Shown in pieces: positions 9,475-18,421 of a DNA stretch of 35,610 bases. The stretch is taken from contig CAZWUZ010000007.1 of NCBI GenBank assembly GCA_964637655.1, forward strand, positions 1 to 35,610, in the 5' to 3' direction. Source of the stretch: an uncultured bacterium (GTDB lineage Bacteria > DAOPZR01). The notes beneath the pieces were generated by a model that did no database searches, was not told the DNA's origin, and saw only the letters and a list, made by a program, of their open reading frames with translations. The translations under genes and the position numbers were made by a program. Within the stretch, counting starts at the first letter, position 1. Each line of letters begins with the position of its first letter.

Positions 9475-10154
9475 CAGCCCAGTCCCCCGGTGGTGAGCAG
9501 GTTGAACGCGGGGAAGACCGTGAGGTGATAGTACCAGCCGATCAGCGACTGGTCCCCGATGCGGATAAAGAGCGCCGCGAGGATGATGAACATCCCGAAC
9601 GGCGCGACGCGGTAATACGCCTCCCGTGCTGCCGGCGGCAGGAGGTACGCGAGCACTTTCGACCCGTCGAGCGGCGGCAGCGGGATGAGGTTGAAAAACG
9701 CGAGCGCGAGATTGACCAGCACGCAGACCACGCAGAGCGAGGCCACCAGTTCCAGCAGCGGCGTCTCGCTCCCCGCCGGCAGGAAGAACGCCGCGAGCAG
9801 CGCGTAGACGAAGAGGGCGAGGGCGAAGAGCAGGGCGAGCAGGAAGTTCATCGCCGGCCCCGCCACCGCGCAGAGGAGCATGCCCAGTTCCTTCTTCCGG
9901 AAGCGGTTCGGATCGACCATCACCGGCTTGGCATAGGCGAGGAAAATCCCGCCCGTCAGCGTCAGCACCAGCGGCAGAATGATCGAGCCGAACAGGTCGA
10001 TGTGCGGAATGGGATTGATGGTGACCCGCCCCTGCTCGCGCGGGGTCGGGTCACCCAGCCAGGCCGCCACCTGCGCATGGGCATACTCGTGCAGCGTCGC
10101 GCCGAGAAAGAGCGCGAAGATGATGAAGATACCCTGCGCCGGGTTGTCGAACAC
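9474..10154 (-). CDS. Site-2 protease (peptidase M50)
   Basis: HEYAH, GDPTP, AGPAMN, FNLIPLPPLDG. Confidence 0.93.
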   Translation of the reverse strand: MFDNPAQGIFIIFALFLGATLHEYAHAQVAAWLGDPTPREQGRVTINPIPHIDLFGSIILPLVLTLTGGIFLAYAKPVMVDPNRFRKKELGMLLCAVAGPAMNFLLALLFALALFVYALLAAFFLPAGSETPLLELVASLCVVCVLVNLALAFFNLIPLPPLDGSKVLAYLLPPAAREAYYRVAPFGMFIILAALFIRIGDQSLIGWYYHLTVFPAFNLLTTGGLG

Positions 10155-10157
10155 GGC

Positions 10158-11957
10158 TCAGCCCAGCCGCTGCGCCAGTGTTTCGAGTTCGTCCCGCAGC
10201 GCCTGCGGCAGGCGGTCGCCGAACGTGGCGTAGTGCTCGCGGATCGACGCCACCTCCTGCTTCCACCCGTCGGCATCGACCCGCAGCAGTTCCTGCAGGT
10301 CGGCGTCGGTAACCCCTTCGAGTCCGGTATGGTCGATGGCGTCCACCGTCGGCATGAAGCCGAGCGCGGTTTCCTGCGCCTTGCCCGTCCCGACACAGCG
10401 GTCGAACACCCATTCGAGCACGCGCGCATTGTCGCCGAACCCCGGCCACAGCCACTTCCCTGACGGGCTCTTGCGGAACCAGTTGACGTAGAAAATCTTC
10501 GGCAGCTTGTCCGCCGTCGTCTGCGTGCCGAGCTTCAGCCAGTGCGCGAAGTAGTCGCCCATGTGGTAGCCGCAGAACGGCAGCATGGCGAACGGGTCGC
10601 GCCGCACGGTGCCCGCCTTGAGGTCAAGCGCCGCCGCGGTCACTTCCGAGCCGACGATGGAGCCCAGGAAAACCCCGTGGTTCCAGGATCGCGCCTCGTG
10701 CACCAGCGGCACCACGGACGGGCGGCGCCCGCCGAACAGGAAAGCGCTGATGGGCACCCCCTTGGGGTCCTCCCATTCCGGGGCGATGACCGGGCACTGC
10801 CCCGCCGGCGCGGTAAACCGCGCGTTGGGATGCGCGGCGGGTTTGTCCGCCCCCTGCCGCCACGGCTTGCCGGTCCAGTCGATAACCTCGCCCGGCGCAT
10901 CGTGGCCGATCCCTTCCCACCAGACATCGCCATCGGACGTCAGCGCGACATTGGTGAAAATGGTGTTCTTCTCCACCGAGCGCATGGCGTTCGGGTTGCT
11001 CTCCAGCGAGGTGCCCGGGGCGACCCCGAAGAAACCCGCCTCCGGGTTGATGGCATAGAGCCGGCCATCGGCACCGAACTTCATCCACGCGATGTCGTCA
11101 CCGATGGTCTCGACCTTCCACCCCTTGAGCGCGGCGGGCGGCACCAGCATGGCGAGATTGGTTTTGCCGCAGGCGGACGGGAATGCCGCCGCGACATACT
11201 TGCTGACCCCCTGCGGGCTGGTGATCTTGAGGATGAGCATGTGCTCGGCCAGCCAGCCCTCGTCGCGGGCGATGGCCGAGGCAATACGCAGCGCGAGACA
11301 CTTTTTGCCGAGCAGCGCGTTGCCGCCGTAGCCCGAACCGTACGACCAGATGGTGCGCTCCTCAGGGAAATGCGCGATGTACTTTTTATCGAGCGGGGCG
11401 CAGGGCCAGAGACCGCCATCGTCTTCGCCCGGGCCAAGCGGCTTGCCCACCGAGTGCAGGCAGGGGATGAATTCGCCGTCGGTGCCGAGCACGTCCAGCA
11501 CCTTCGTCCCGACGCGCGTCATGATGTGCATGTTGCAGACGACGTAGGCGGAGTCGGTCAGTTCGATGCCGATCTTGGCGATGGGGGAACCGACCGGACC
11601 CATGGAGAAGGGGATGACGTACATCGTGCGGCCGCGCATGCAGCCGTCGTAGAGGCCGCGCATGGTCTGCTTGAGTTCGGCCGGGTCGATCCAGTTGTTG
11701 CTCGGGCCGGCGGCATCCTGCGTCCGCGCGGCGATATAGGTGCGGTTTTCCACCCGCGCGACGTCGGACGGGTCGGAACGGAAGAGCACGCAGCCGGGAC
11801 GTTGCTGCGGGTTGAGCGCCGTCGCCAGTTTCGCGTCGACCATTCCCTGCATCAGGCGGTCGTATTCCGCCTGCGACCCGTCGCACCACTCGACGCGGTC
11901 GGGCTTGCACAACCCCGCCATTTCGTCCACCCACTGCTGCAACCGCTGATGTGCCAT
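10158..11957 (-). CDS. pckG: GTP-dependent phosphoenolpyruvate carboxykinase
   Basis: [59 protein letters not shown]. Confidence 0.97.
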   Translation of the reverse strand: MAHQRLQQWVDEMAGLCKPDRVEWCDGSQAEYDRLMQGMVDAKLATALNPQQRPGCVLFRSDPSDVARVENRTYIAARTQDAAGPSNNWIDPAELKQTMRGLYDGCMRGRTMYVIPFSMGPVGSPIAKIGIELTDSAYVVCNMHIMTRVGTKVLDVLGTDGEFIPCLHSVGKPLGPGEDDGGLWPCAPLDKKYIAHFPEERTIWSYGSGYGGNALLGKKCLALRIASAIARDEGWLAEHMLILKITSPQGVSKYVAAAFPSACGKTNLAMLVPPAALKGWKVETIGDDIAWMKFGADGRLYAINPEAGFFGVAPGTSLESNPNAMRSVEKNTIFTNVALTSDGDVWWEGIGHDAPGEVIDWTGKPWRQGADKPAAHPNARFTAPAGQCPVIAPEWEDPKGVPISAFLFGGRRPSVVPLVHEARSWNHGVFLGSIVGSEVTAAALDLKAGTVRRDPFAMLPFCGYHMGDYFAHWLKLGTQTTADKLPKIFYVNWFRKSPSGKWLWPGFGDNARVLEWVFDRCVGTGKAQETALGFMPTVDAIDHTGLEGVTDADLQELLRVDADGWKQEVASIREHYATFGDRLPQALRDELETLAQRLG

Positions 11958-12028
11958 ACACGTCTCTCCTGCCGGTTCGTCGCCGGCCTCCGGATATGCC
12001 CGTCCGCTGACGGATTTATGGAGGAGTG

Positions 12029-12057
12029 AGTATAGCAGATTGGCGCCCGCGGCGCAA
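12029..12057 (-). promoter_or_regulatory. Putative sigma70 promoter for pckG
   Basis: Minus strand TTGCGC-N17-TATACT with extended -10 TG. Confidence 0.55.
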
Positions 12058-12085
12058 GCGCGCTACCGACGGGCGGGAGACCCGG

Positions 12086-13021
12086 TCAGCGACGGTGTTC
12101 CCAGCGGCGGATGAGGATGTAGGTGTAGACGGCGATGAGGATGTTGACGCAGATAAACCCCATGTAGGCGAGCGGCCAGTTGTGCTCCCCGGTCATCATG
12201 GTGAATTCCGACATGCCGCCGATCCCGGCGATGAATGACGGCACCATGATGGCGATAACCACGGCGTTGAGGTTCTTCATCAGCACGTTGAGGTTGTTGC
12301 TGATGATCGAGGCGCGCGTGGAGAGCAGCCCGGCAAGCACGTTGGAGTGGATTTCCGCCTGCTTGGCGCACTGGTGGTTCTCGATCATCAGGTCGTCGAG
12401 AATTTCCTGCTCGTCGGTGGTCAGTCCGAGTTTCCCCGCGTTCATCTTGAGCTTGTCGAGCACCATCTGGTTCGAGGTGATGGCGTTGACGTAGTAGACC
12501 AGCGACTTTTCCAGCATGTACAAACTGATGAGGTAGCGGTTTTCCATCGCCCGGTCGAGCTTGTTTTCGAGCTGCTCGGAGATCATGTTGATGATGCGCA
12601 GGTGCTCGAGGTAGTGCACCACCGAGCGGTTGAGGATCTTGAGCAGCAGGTCGTTGAGCGAGGTCAGGCGCGCGAAGTGGCGCGTGTCGAAGAGCGGGAT
12701 TTCCTCGGAGACGACGATGATCAGGCGCTCGCGGAACCAGAAGAGGCCGGCGGCAATCACGCGGAACAGGAACTGCTCCGCCCCGGAGTAGTTCTTCGGG
12801 CGCTTGTAGATGATGGCGACATGCTCGGGCTCGAACTCGAGGCGCGACAGTTCGTCGGGGTCGAGCGCCGACTGCAGCGTGTGCTCGTCAAGCTTGTAGG
12901 TGGTGACGAGAAAGCGCTTTTCCTCCTCGTCGGGGTTGACGTAGACGAGGACCTGGCTGGTGGCCGGGTCGCCGTCGGCGAGGACCAGTTTCTGCTCGCG
13001 CAGCACGTAATGACGCAGCAT
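12086..13021 (-). CDS. CorA family magnesium transporter
   Basis: LDPDELSRLE, SIISNNLNVLMK, GGMS at the GMN position, two C-terminal TM helices. Start at MLRHY (13021) with a purine-rich RBS. Confidence 0.85.
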   Translation of the reverse strand: MLRHYVLREQKLVLADGDPATSQVLVYVNPDEEEKRFLVTTYKLDEHTLQSALDPDELSRLEFEPEHVAIIYKRPKNYSGAEQFLFRVIAAGLFWFRERLIIVVSEEIPLFDTRHFARLTSLNDLLLKILNRSVVHYLEHLRIINMISEQLENKLDRAMENRYLISLYMLEKSLVYYVNAITSNQMVLDKLKMNAGKLGLTTDEQEILDDLMIENHQCAKQAEIHSNVLAGLLSTRASIISNNLNVLMKNLNAVVIAIMVPSFIAGIGGMSEFTMMTGEHNWPLAYMGFICVNILIAVYTYILIRRWEHRR

Positions 13022-13246
13022 GACGCTCACCCCCTTTCCGCCGCCCTTTCCTACCATACTTTGCGCGGATACGCAATGCGCTGCCGCGTTGGGTCCGGCG
13101 TTTTCGTATCCTTTATTTTCCCGCCGGCGGCCGCGGTCGCGCCATAACTGCTGTACGGGACAACAACAATGACCGTCGTTGCCGCCGGCGCGGCGGATTG
13201 TGCGGAACAATGCCGCCCCCCTCCCGTTATAACCCGCTGAAATGTA

Positions 13247-13275
13247 TTGACAATTACCCGTTTTTGTGGTATAAG
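13247..13275 (+). promoter_or_regulatory. Near-consensus sigma70 promoter
   Basis: TTGACA-N17-TATAAG with extended -10 TG, upstream of GGAGG RBS and ATG 13331. Confidence 0.7.
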
Positions 13276-13330
13276 TGAGATAGGAATTGCCTGCCGCAGT
13301 GGCCGGCAAAGCGGACACGGAGGTTGTCTC

Positions 13331-13936
13331 ATGGAAATCATCTCACGGCTCAACCCATCCCAGTTGTTTGCCACCGACCAGTCGGCGGGCCAGCCGCGCG
13401 CGACGGAACAGGTCGCGGCCGCGGTCGCGCAACGCGCCGCGTCACAGGCCGTCGACACCGACGCCAGCCGCTTCGCCTCACGCCTGCTCGAAGTACGCGA
13501 TGAGGCGACGGCGCTGCAGGGGCGCCTGTCGCAGACGCAGGCGGAGCAGAATGCGCTGACCGCCATCCGCGAAGCGCTCGTCAACCGCCCCGACCCGACC
13601 CAGCTCGGCCAGCAGCTGCAGCAGGTGCTCGGCAGCGCCACCTACAACAGCGAGCCGGTTACCGACATCACCGTCGAGCAGGCGTTGCAGAACCCGCAGG
13701 GGACCGCGGCGCGCATCGACACGCGGCTGCAGGAACTGCAGGCGCAGAGCACAGAACTGACCGCCGGGCTGACGCAGGTGATGGTCAAGGCGGAGAACAT
13801 CCTCGCCGCCGCCGGCCCGGCCGCGGCAAGCGGCAGCGACGTTTCCTCACTGATCCAGCAGCTGTCGTCGCTGAGCAGCAACGGGCAGGCGCTCTTCTCG
13901 GGGCTGACGCCCGAGGGTGTCGGCTCCCTGCTGTAG
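13331..13936 (+). CDS. Short degenerate flagellin-like helical protein
   Basis: RBS GGAGG. Flagellin-like segments QQVLGSATYNSEP, KAENILAA and C-terminal TPEGVGSLL (compare PQxVLSLL). Confidence 0.55.
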   Translation: MEIISRLNPSQLFATDQSAGQPRATEQVAAAVAQRAASQAVDTDASRFASRLLEVRDEATALQGRLSQTQAEQNALTAIREALVNRPDPTQLGQQLQQVLGSATYNSEPVTDITVEQALQNPQGTAARIDTRLQELQAQSTELTAGLTQVMVKAENILAAAGPAAASGSDVSSLIQQLSSLSSNGQALFSGLTPEGVGSLL

Positions 13937-13946
13937 TCCGCACCAC

Positions 13947-15794
13947 TTGCACACCATAGCGGCCGCCGGAACGATCCGGCGGCCGTTTCTCTGTGCCGCG
14001 CTCACCGCGCTCGGCCTGCTCGCCTTCCTCATGTACACCGTCACGCTCGCCCCCGGGGTCTACCAGGGTGACAGCGCGGAACTCGCCGCGGGCGCCCACG
14101 TGCTCGGTTTCGTCCACGCCACGGGTTACCCGCTCTACCTGCTGCTCGGCAAACTCTTCTCCCTGGTGCCGGTCGGGGATGTCGCCTACCGCCTCAACCT
14201 GATGTCGGCGTTCTTCGCCGCGCTCACCGTCGCGCTCCTCGCCCGCCTGCTGTACCGCATCACCGGGCATCTCCCCGCGGCGCTGCTCGCCGCCTTCGCC
14301 TTCGCCTGTTCCTTCACCTTCTGGCAGCAGGCGACGGTCGCCGAGGTCTACACCCTCAATACGTTCTGCCTCGCGCTGCTGCTCAACGTCGCGCACGGGT
14401 GGCGGCAGGCGGCGCCGGCGGACCGCCGCTCGTTCCTGCTGCTCTTCGGCCTGCTCTACGGCCTCGCGCTGGGCAACCATGTCAACCTCGTTTTCCTGGT
14501 CCCCGCCTTCGCGGTCTTCGCTTTTCTCGGCGGGCTGCACCTGCGCCGCGACCGCGACGCGCTCTTCTGGCTGCTGGTGCTCTTCGCCTGCGGGCTGAGC
14601 ATCTACCTCTACCTGCCGCTGCGCGCGCTCGACAATCCGCCGGTCATCAACTGGCTGAAGACCGATACCGGGGCCAAGGTCTGGACGGTGGTGAGCGGCG
14701 AGCAGTTCCGCGGGCGCATGTTCTCGCTGCCGCCTGCGCAGGTGGCGGCCAACGCGCTGCAGGGGCTGCTGCATCTCGTCGCGCAGTTCCCGCTTACCGG
14801 GTTCCTGCTCGGCGCCGCGGGGCTGCGGGCGCTCTGGCAGCTCGACCGCGGCTGGTTCTGGCTGTGCGCCACGGGCAGCGCCACCATTTTTCTCTACACC
14901 ATCAACTACGATATCACCGACGCCTTCGTCTACTACCTGCCGCTCTACCTGCTCTTCACCCTGCCGCTGGCCGTGGCGCTGCGCGACCTGTGGACGCGCG
15001 CCACCCCGTCGCTGCGCGCGGTGCTGGTCGCCGCGCTGCTGCTGCCGTACCTCGCGGTGCCGCACATCCTCAAGGTCACCGTCGACCGCTCGCAGTTCCA
15101 TATCTGGCCCGACTACGCCGCCGCCCTCGAGTCGCTGCCGCCGCGCAGCGCGGTCATCGCCTACTGGCCGCACTACACCGTGCTGCGCTACGCGCAACTG
15201 GTCGAGGGGCGCCGTCCCGACGTGCGCCTCGTCGAGAACTCGTCGCTGGCCGACACCCGCTACCTCGACGATGTCCGCCGGCACCGGCATTACGGGCCGC
15301 TCTTCTTCACCCTTGAGACCGCGCTTGTCGGCACCCGCCACCACCTGCAGCAGGAGGGATTCTTCCACCGCGTGCTGCCGCCGCAGCCGGTGACGCCGGT
15401 CGGCGATACCGGCACGCTCGTTTTCCATGACCTCGGCAACGGACTGGCGGTGACCTTGGCCGACACGCCGGTCGGTACCCCGCGCGGCTTTGCCGCCCTC
15501 GACCTGCGCTGGCAGCGCACAGCGGCGCCGCTGGCGGACACGCAGCCGCACTGCACGCTCGAACTACGCGTGGCTGGAACTTTTATCACTAGCGCAAAGC
15601 TCTTCCCGGTCAATGCCGGTTTTCCTGCCGACCGATGGCAGCCGGGCGCCGTCTACCCGCAGCGCCGTTTTCTCTATATTCCGGAAACAGCGCCGACAGC
15701 CGGTTCGCTGAAACTGCTCCTCGCCACTCCCGGGATTCCATCCGTCACGCTCATGCAGTGCACTGCCACGCGTGTATTATCGCGCGCATTTTGA
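13947..15794 (+). CDS. DUF2723 / TMEM260-like membrane glycosyltransferase
   Basis: GDSAELAAGA, HATGYPLY, GDVAYRLNLMSA, FWQQATVAEVYTLN, YLYLPLRA, many TM segments. Start uncertain (13917 or 13947). Confidence 0.85.
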   Translation: MHTIAAAGTIRRPFLCAALTALGLLAFLMYTVTLAPGVYQGDSAELAAGAHVLGFVHATGYPLYLLLGKLFSLVPVGDVAYRLNLMSAFFAALTVALLARLLYRITGHLPAALLAAFAFACSFTFWQQATVAEVYTLNTFCLALLLNVAHGWRQAAPADRRSFLLLFGLLYGLALGNHVNLVFLVPAFAVFAFLGGLHLRRDRDALFWLLVLFACGLSIYLYLPLRALDNPPVINWLKTDTGAKVWTVVSGEQFRGRMFSLPPAQVAANALQGLLHLVAQFPLTGFLLGAAGLRALWQLDRGWFWLCATGSATIFLYTINYDITDAFVYYLPLYLLFTLPLAVALRDLWTRATPSLRAVLVAALLLPYLAVPHILKVTVDRSQFHIWPDYAAALESLPPRSAVIAYWPHYTVLRYAQLVEGRRPDVRLVENSSLADTRYLDDVRRHRHYGPLFFTLETALVGTRHHLQQEGFFHRVLPPQPVTPVGDTGTLVFHDLGNGLAVTLADTPVGTPRGFAALDLRWQRTAAPLADTQPHCTLELRVAGTFITSAKLFPVNAGFPADRWQPGAVYPQRRFLYIPETAPTAGSLKLLLATPGIPSVTLMQCTATRVLSRAF

Positions 15795-15904
15795 CGCTCT
15801 GCACTGCATCCCGAAAGGCCGGCCGTCACGCTCGCCCCCACGCCGCGCAACCGTAGCGCTGTCCCGCCTGTCCCAGACATAGTATACTAACCGCCGGAGG
15901 AATC

Positions 15905-17758
15905 ATGCACCGCCTGCTGCTGCTCCTGCCGCTGCTGCTGTGCGGCTGTCTCGATACCGCGCTCACCTACACCGTCGCTGCCGACGGCAGCGGTGAGTAC
16001 GCCTGCGTCCTTACTGTGTCACCCGGCGCGGTGGCGGTCGCCCGCTCGTCGAATCTCGAGGATGATCCTGATACCCCGTTCGCCGCGCAACGGACAGCAG
16101 TGCTGCAGGCGCTGCATGCCGGCGGTTTCGCGCAGGCCCGGCTGACCGCCCGCGAAGACACGGCCGGGCTGCACCTGCGCCTGCAGGTGCCGGTCGCCGA
16201 CGCGCGCCACCTGGCCGCGGTCGAAGAACACCTCGCCGCGGCGCTGCCGGGCATGCCGCGCGGGCAGTTCGCACTGGTGCCCGCCGGTGACCGTTGGCAG
16301 GCGCAATGCCGCATCGTGCTGGAGCCACCCCGCGGCGAGAGCGCTCTCGGGCTCGCGTTTCTGCTCGATGCGGTCGCCCGTGCCGACAGCGCGCCGCTCC
16401 CCGATACCGCCGGTTTCGCGGAAATCATCAGTCAGCTTGCTGCTGGCCGCGCCGTCAGCGTGCGCCTTGTCTCGCCGGATACCGCCGCCGCCTGGCAGAT
16501 GCCGCTGGCCGCGCTGTTTGCCGCGCACAACCCCGTGCGCACAACGCTCGTGGTCCCGCCCGCAATGCTGCCGCTGCCAACGGCGACGCCGGCGCCTGCC
16601 GTCACCACGCTGCCGCCGGCAGATACTGTCCCGGCACTCGTGCGCAGCGCGCTGCAGCGCGGCAACATCGAGGGGGCGCTGCGCCTTGCCCGGCAGGTCT
16701 GCGACCGCGACCGGCGCGAAGCGCTCTATGAAACCATCGGCAACCGCTACCTGGCGGCCCGCAACCTGCCGCAGGCTGAGGGGATGCTTATGCTGCTCGA
16801 ATCGCCGGGTCGACGCGCCCGCCTGCGCAGCGAAATCGAACAGACACGCGCGCGCGCCGCGGCGGACGTCGTCACGATGCCCGAGGACGCGCGGCCGAGC
16901 GATACCTGGCTGCTGCCCGCGGCCGAGGAATACCGCCGCCGCGGCCACTGGGGCGATGCCATCGCCACTGCCGTCCTGCTGCGCGACACCTTCACGCGCG
17001 ACGCGCTGCTGCTGAATCTCGTCAACGACCTGCTCGGTGCCGGGGAAATCGACGCCGCGGCACGACTCGTCCCGCACCTGACCGCCGACCTGGGCACCTA
17101 TGCCGCCGGCCGCGTCGCTGATGCACGCGCGTCAGCTGAGCGGCAGGAGGCAGTGCGCCGTCAGGTGACCGCCGTCGAGCAGGCGCTGCACGCTGCGCCG
17201 CCCGCTGAGGCGCTGCAGTTCGCCGACCGGGCCGCCGCGGTTTCCGACACGGAACGCCGCGCGTACCTGCAGGCCGCCATCGCCTTCCGTCATCATGAAC
17301 ATGATTTCGCCGCGGCCGTTGCGTATGCGCGCGCCATCGCGGACACCGTTTCGCACCACCGCGCCAATGTGCTGGCCGCGCTGGCCACTATAGCGTATGA
17401 CGGTGGTGACACGGCAACCGGCGACAGCATACTCGCGGAAGCGGTGGCCGGGGCCGCAAACATCGCGCACGCCAGCGACCGCCTCGGGGTGCTCGGCTAT
17501 TGCGCCGCGGAGTATGCCGCGCGGCAGCAGGCGGACCGGGCGCGGACGCTGGTGCGCCGCGTGCTCCCGGAACTGGCCGCGCTCCCCGCTGCCGCTGAAG
17601 CGGAGGAACTCGACCGCCGCTGGGTTGCCGCGGAGTGGTGCGCAACAGCGGGCACCGCGCTGCGCGACGGGGCGGTGGTTGATGCCGCGCTGTCGCTCAT
17701 CGGCGACGCGCAGCGCCGCGCGCAGGTGCAGCAGCACCTCGCCGGGCAGGATCGCTGA
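15905..17758 (+). CDS. Putative lipoprotein with alpha-solenoid (TPR-like) C-terminal region
   Basis: RBS GGAGG; signal peptide with lipobox LLCGC; TVAADGSG beta motif; Pro/Thr linker; Ala-rich helical repeats. Confidence 0.7.
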   Translation: MHRLLLLLPLLLCGCLDTALTYTVAADGSGEYACVLTVSPGAVAVARSSNLEDDPDTPFAAQRTAVLQALHAGGFAQARLTAREDTAGLHLRLQVPVADARHLAAVEEHLAAALPGMPRGQFALVPAGDRWQAQCRIVLEPPRGESALGLAFLLDAVARADSAPLPDTAGFAEIISQLAAGRAVSVRLVSPDTAAAWQMPLAALFAAHNPVRTTLVVPPAMLPLPTATPAPAVTTLPPADTVPALVRSALQRGNIEGALRLARQVCDRDRREALYETIGNRYLAARNLPQAEGMLMLLESPGRRARLRSEIEQTRARAAADVVTMPEDARPSDTWLLPAAEEYRRRGHWGDAIATAVLLRDTFTRDALLLNLVNDLLGAGEIDAAARLVPHLTADLGTYAAGRVADARASAERQEAVRRQVTAVEQALHAAPPAEALQFADRAAAVSDTERRAYLQAAIAFRHHEHDFAAAVAYARAIADTVSHHRANVLAALATIAYDGGDTATGDSILAEAVAGAANIAHASDRLGVLGYCAAEYAARQQADRARTLVRRVLPELAALPAAAEAEELDRRWVAAEWCATAGTALRDGAVVDAALSLIGDAQRRAQVQQHLAGQDR

Positions 17759-17787
17759 CTATCGGTTGCCGCGGTCAGTCAGTACGT

Positions 17788-17895
17788 CCCCTCTCCCCGG
17801 GGGAGAGGGCGATGCGCAGCATCGGGTGAGGGGTTGCAGCCGACTGTGTTCTCCCTCACCTGTCGCTCCGCGACTTCCTCTCCCGACGGGAGAGG
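17788..17895. repeat. Inverted pair of CCCTCTCCC...GGGAGAGG palindromic repeats
   Basis: CCCCTCTCCCCGGGGGAGAGGG...GGGTGAGGGG (17788-17833) and CCCTCACC...CCTCTCCCGACGGGAGAGG (17853-17895). Confidence 0.8.
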
Positions 17896-17902
17896 AAATC
17901 AT

Positions 17903-17940
17903 GGCAACAGCTGACCAGTCGCCTGTTGCCTATATTTTCT
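17903..17940 (+). terminator. Possible intrinsic terminator between convergent genes
   Basis: GGCAACAG ... CTGTTGCC stem followed by TATATTTTCT. Confidence 0.4.
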
Positions 17941-17967
17941 GCAGAAACCGGTTGAACGACAGTACGT

Positions 17968-18198
17968 TCACCGGGCGCGGCGGCGCTCCCGGCTTGCACG
18001 AGTGATATCGCGTTCCATGCTTACTGACGAAACCCGTGCTGCCCGCCGGCGAATCGTCCCGGTCAGCAGGGAAAACTCGCGTTTCCATTCTTTCAGCGGC
18101 ATGGCCACCAGGCAGAGTTTCTCGTTAGTACGTATCTGTACCTTCTCCAGCGGACTGAACACCCCGTTACGGTATACTGCCTTCACGACCGTTGTCAT
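17968..18198 (-). CDS. AF2212/DUF104-like antitoxin
   Basis: MTTVVKAVYRNGVFSPLEKV matches the AxYxNGVFxPL signature; RBS GAGGAG before ATG 18198. Confidence 0.8.
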   Translation of the reverse strand: MTTVVKAVYRNGVFSPLEKVQIRTNEKLCLVAMPLKEWKREFSLLTGTIRRRAARVSSVSMERDITRASRERRRAR

Positions 18199-18270
18199 AG
18201 TCCGCTCCTCCACCCATTTTACCCAGCACATAGTACCACCTGCACCACAAGACGTCAACGAACGGTGCTT

Positions 18271-18307
18271 TTGCGCCGGCAACCGGTGATATGCTACACT
18301 CGCCGTC
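18271..18307 (+). promoter_or_regulatory. Putative stable-RNA promoter of the tRNA-Leu locus
   Basis: TTGCGC-N18-TACACT with extended -10 TG and GC-rich discriminator CGCCGTC. Confidence 0.55.
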
Positions 18308-18321
18308 AGGATGTGCTGCAC

Positions 18322-18371
18322 GCCGGAGTGGCGGAACTGGCATACGCGCGGGTTTCAAAAACCTGTGGGAG
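18322..18371 (+). pseudogene. 5' fragment of tRNA-Leu(CAA); left junction of the element
   Basis: GCCGGAG-TG-GCGGAACTGGCATACGC D arm; anticodon arm CGGGT-TTCAAAA-ACCTG (CAA at 18356-18358); start of variable arm TGGGAG; then AT-rich sequence with no T arm or 3' acceptor strand. Confidence 0.85.
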
Positions 18372-18421
18372 TTATATGCAATGCATTGATGTTGAATTGT
18401 TTGTGCATTATTTATGGTGGT

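Noticed and set aside
4677-13318. Long N-terminal extensions in the ORF track for aroA, tyrA, scpB and the CorA-like gene
   Set aside because: They overlap upstream genes or promoter regions; shorter starts with stop-start coupling or an RBS fit better.
18322-18410. Intact or intron-containing tRNA-Leu
   Set aside because: No T arm or 3' acceptor strand follows. The break is in the variable arm, not the anticodon loop, and is followed by an integrase rather than intron-like sequence.
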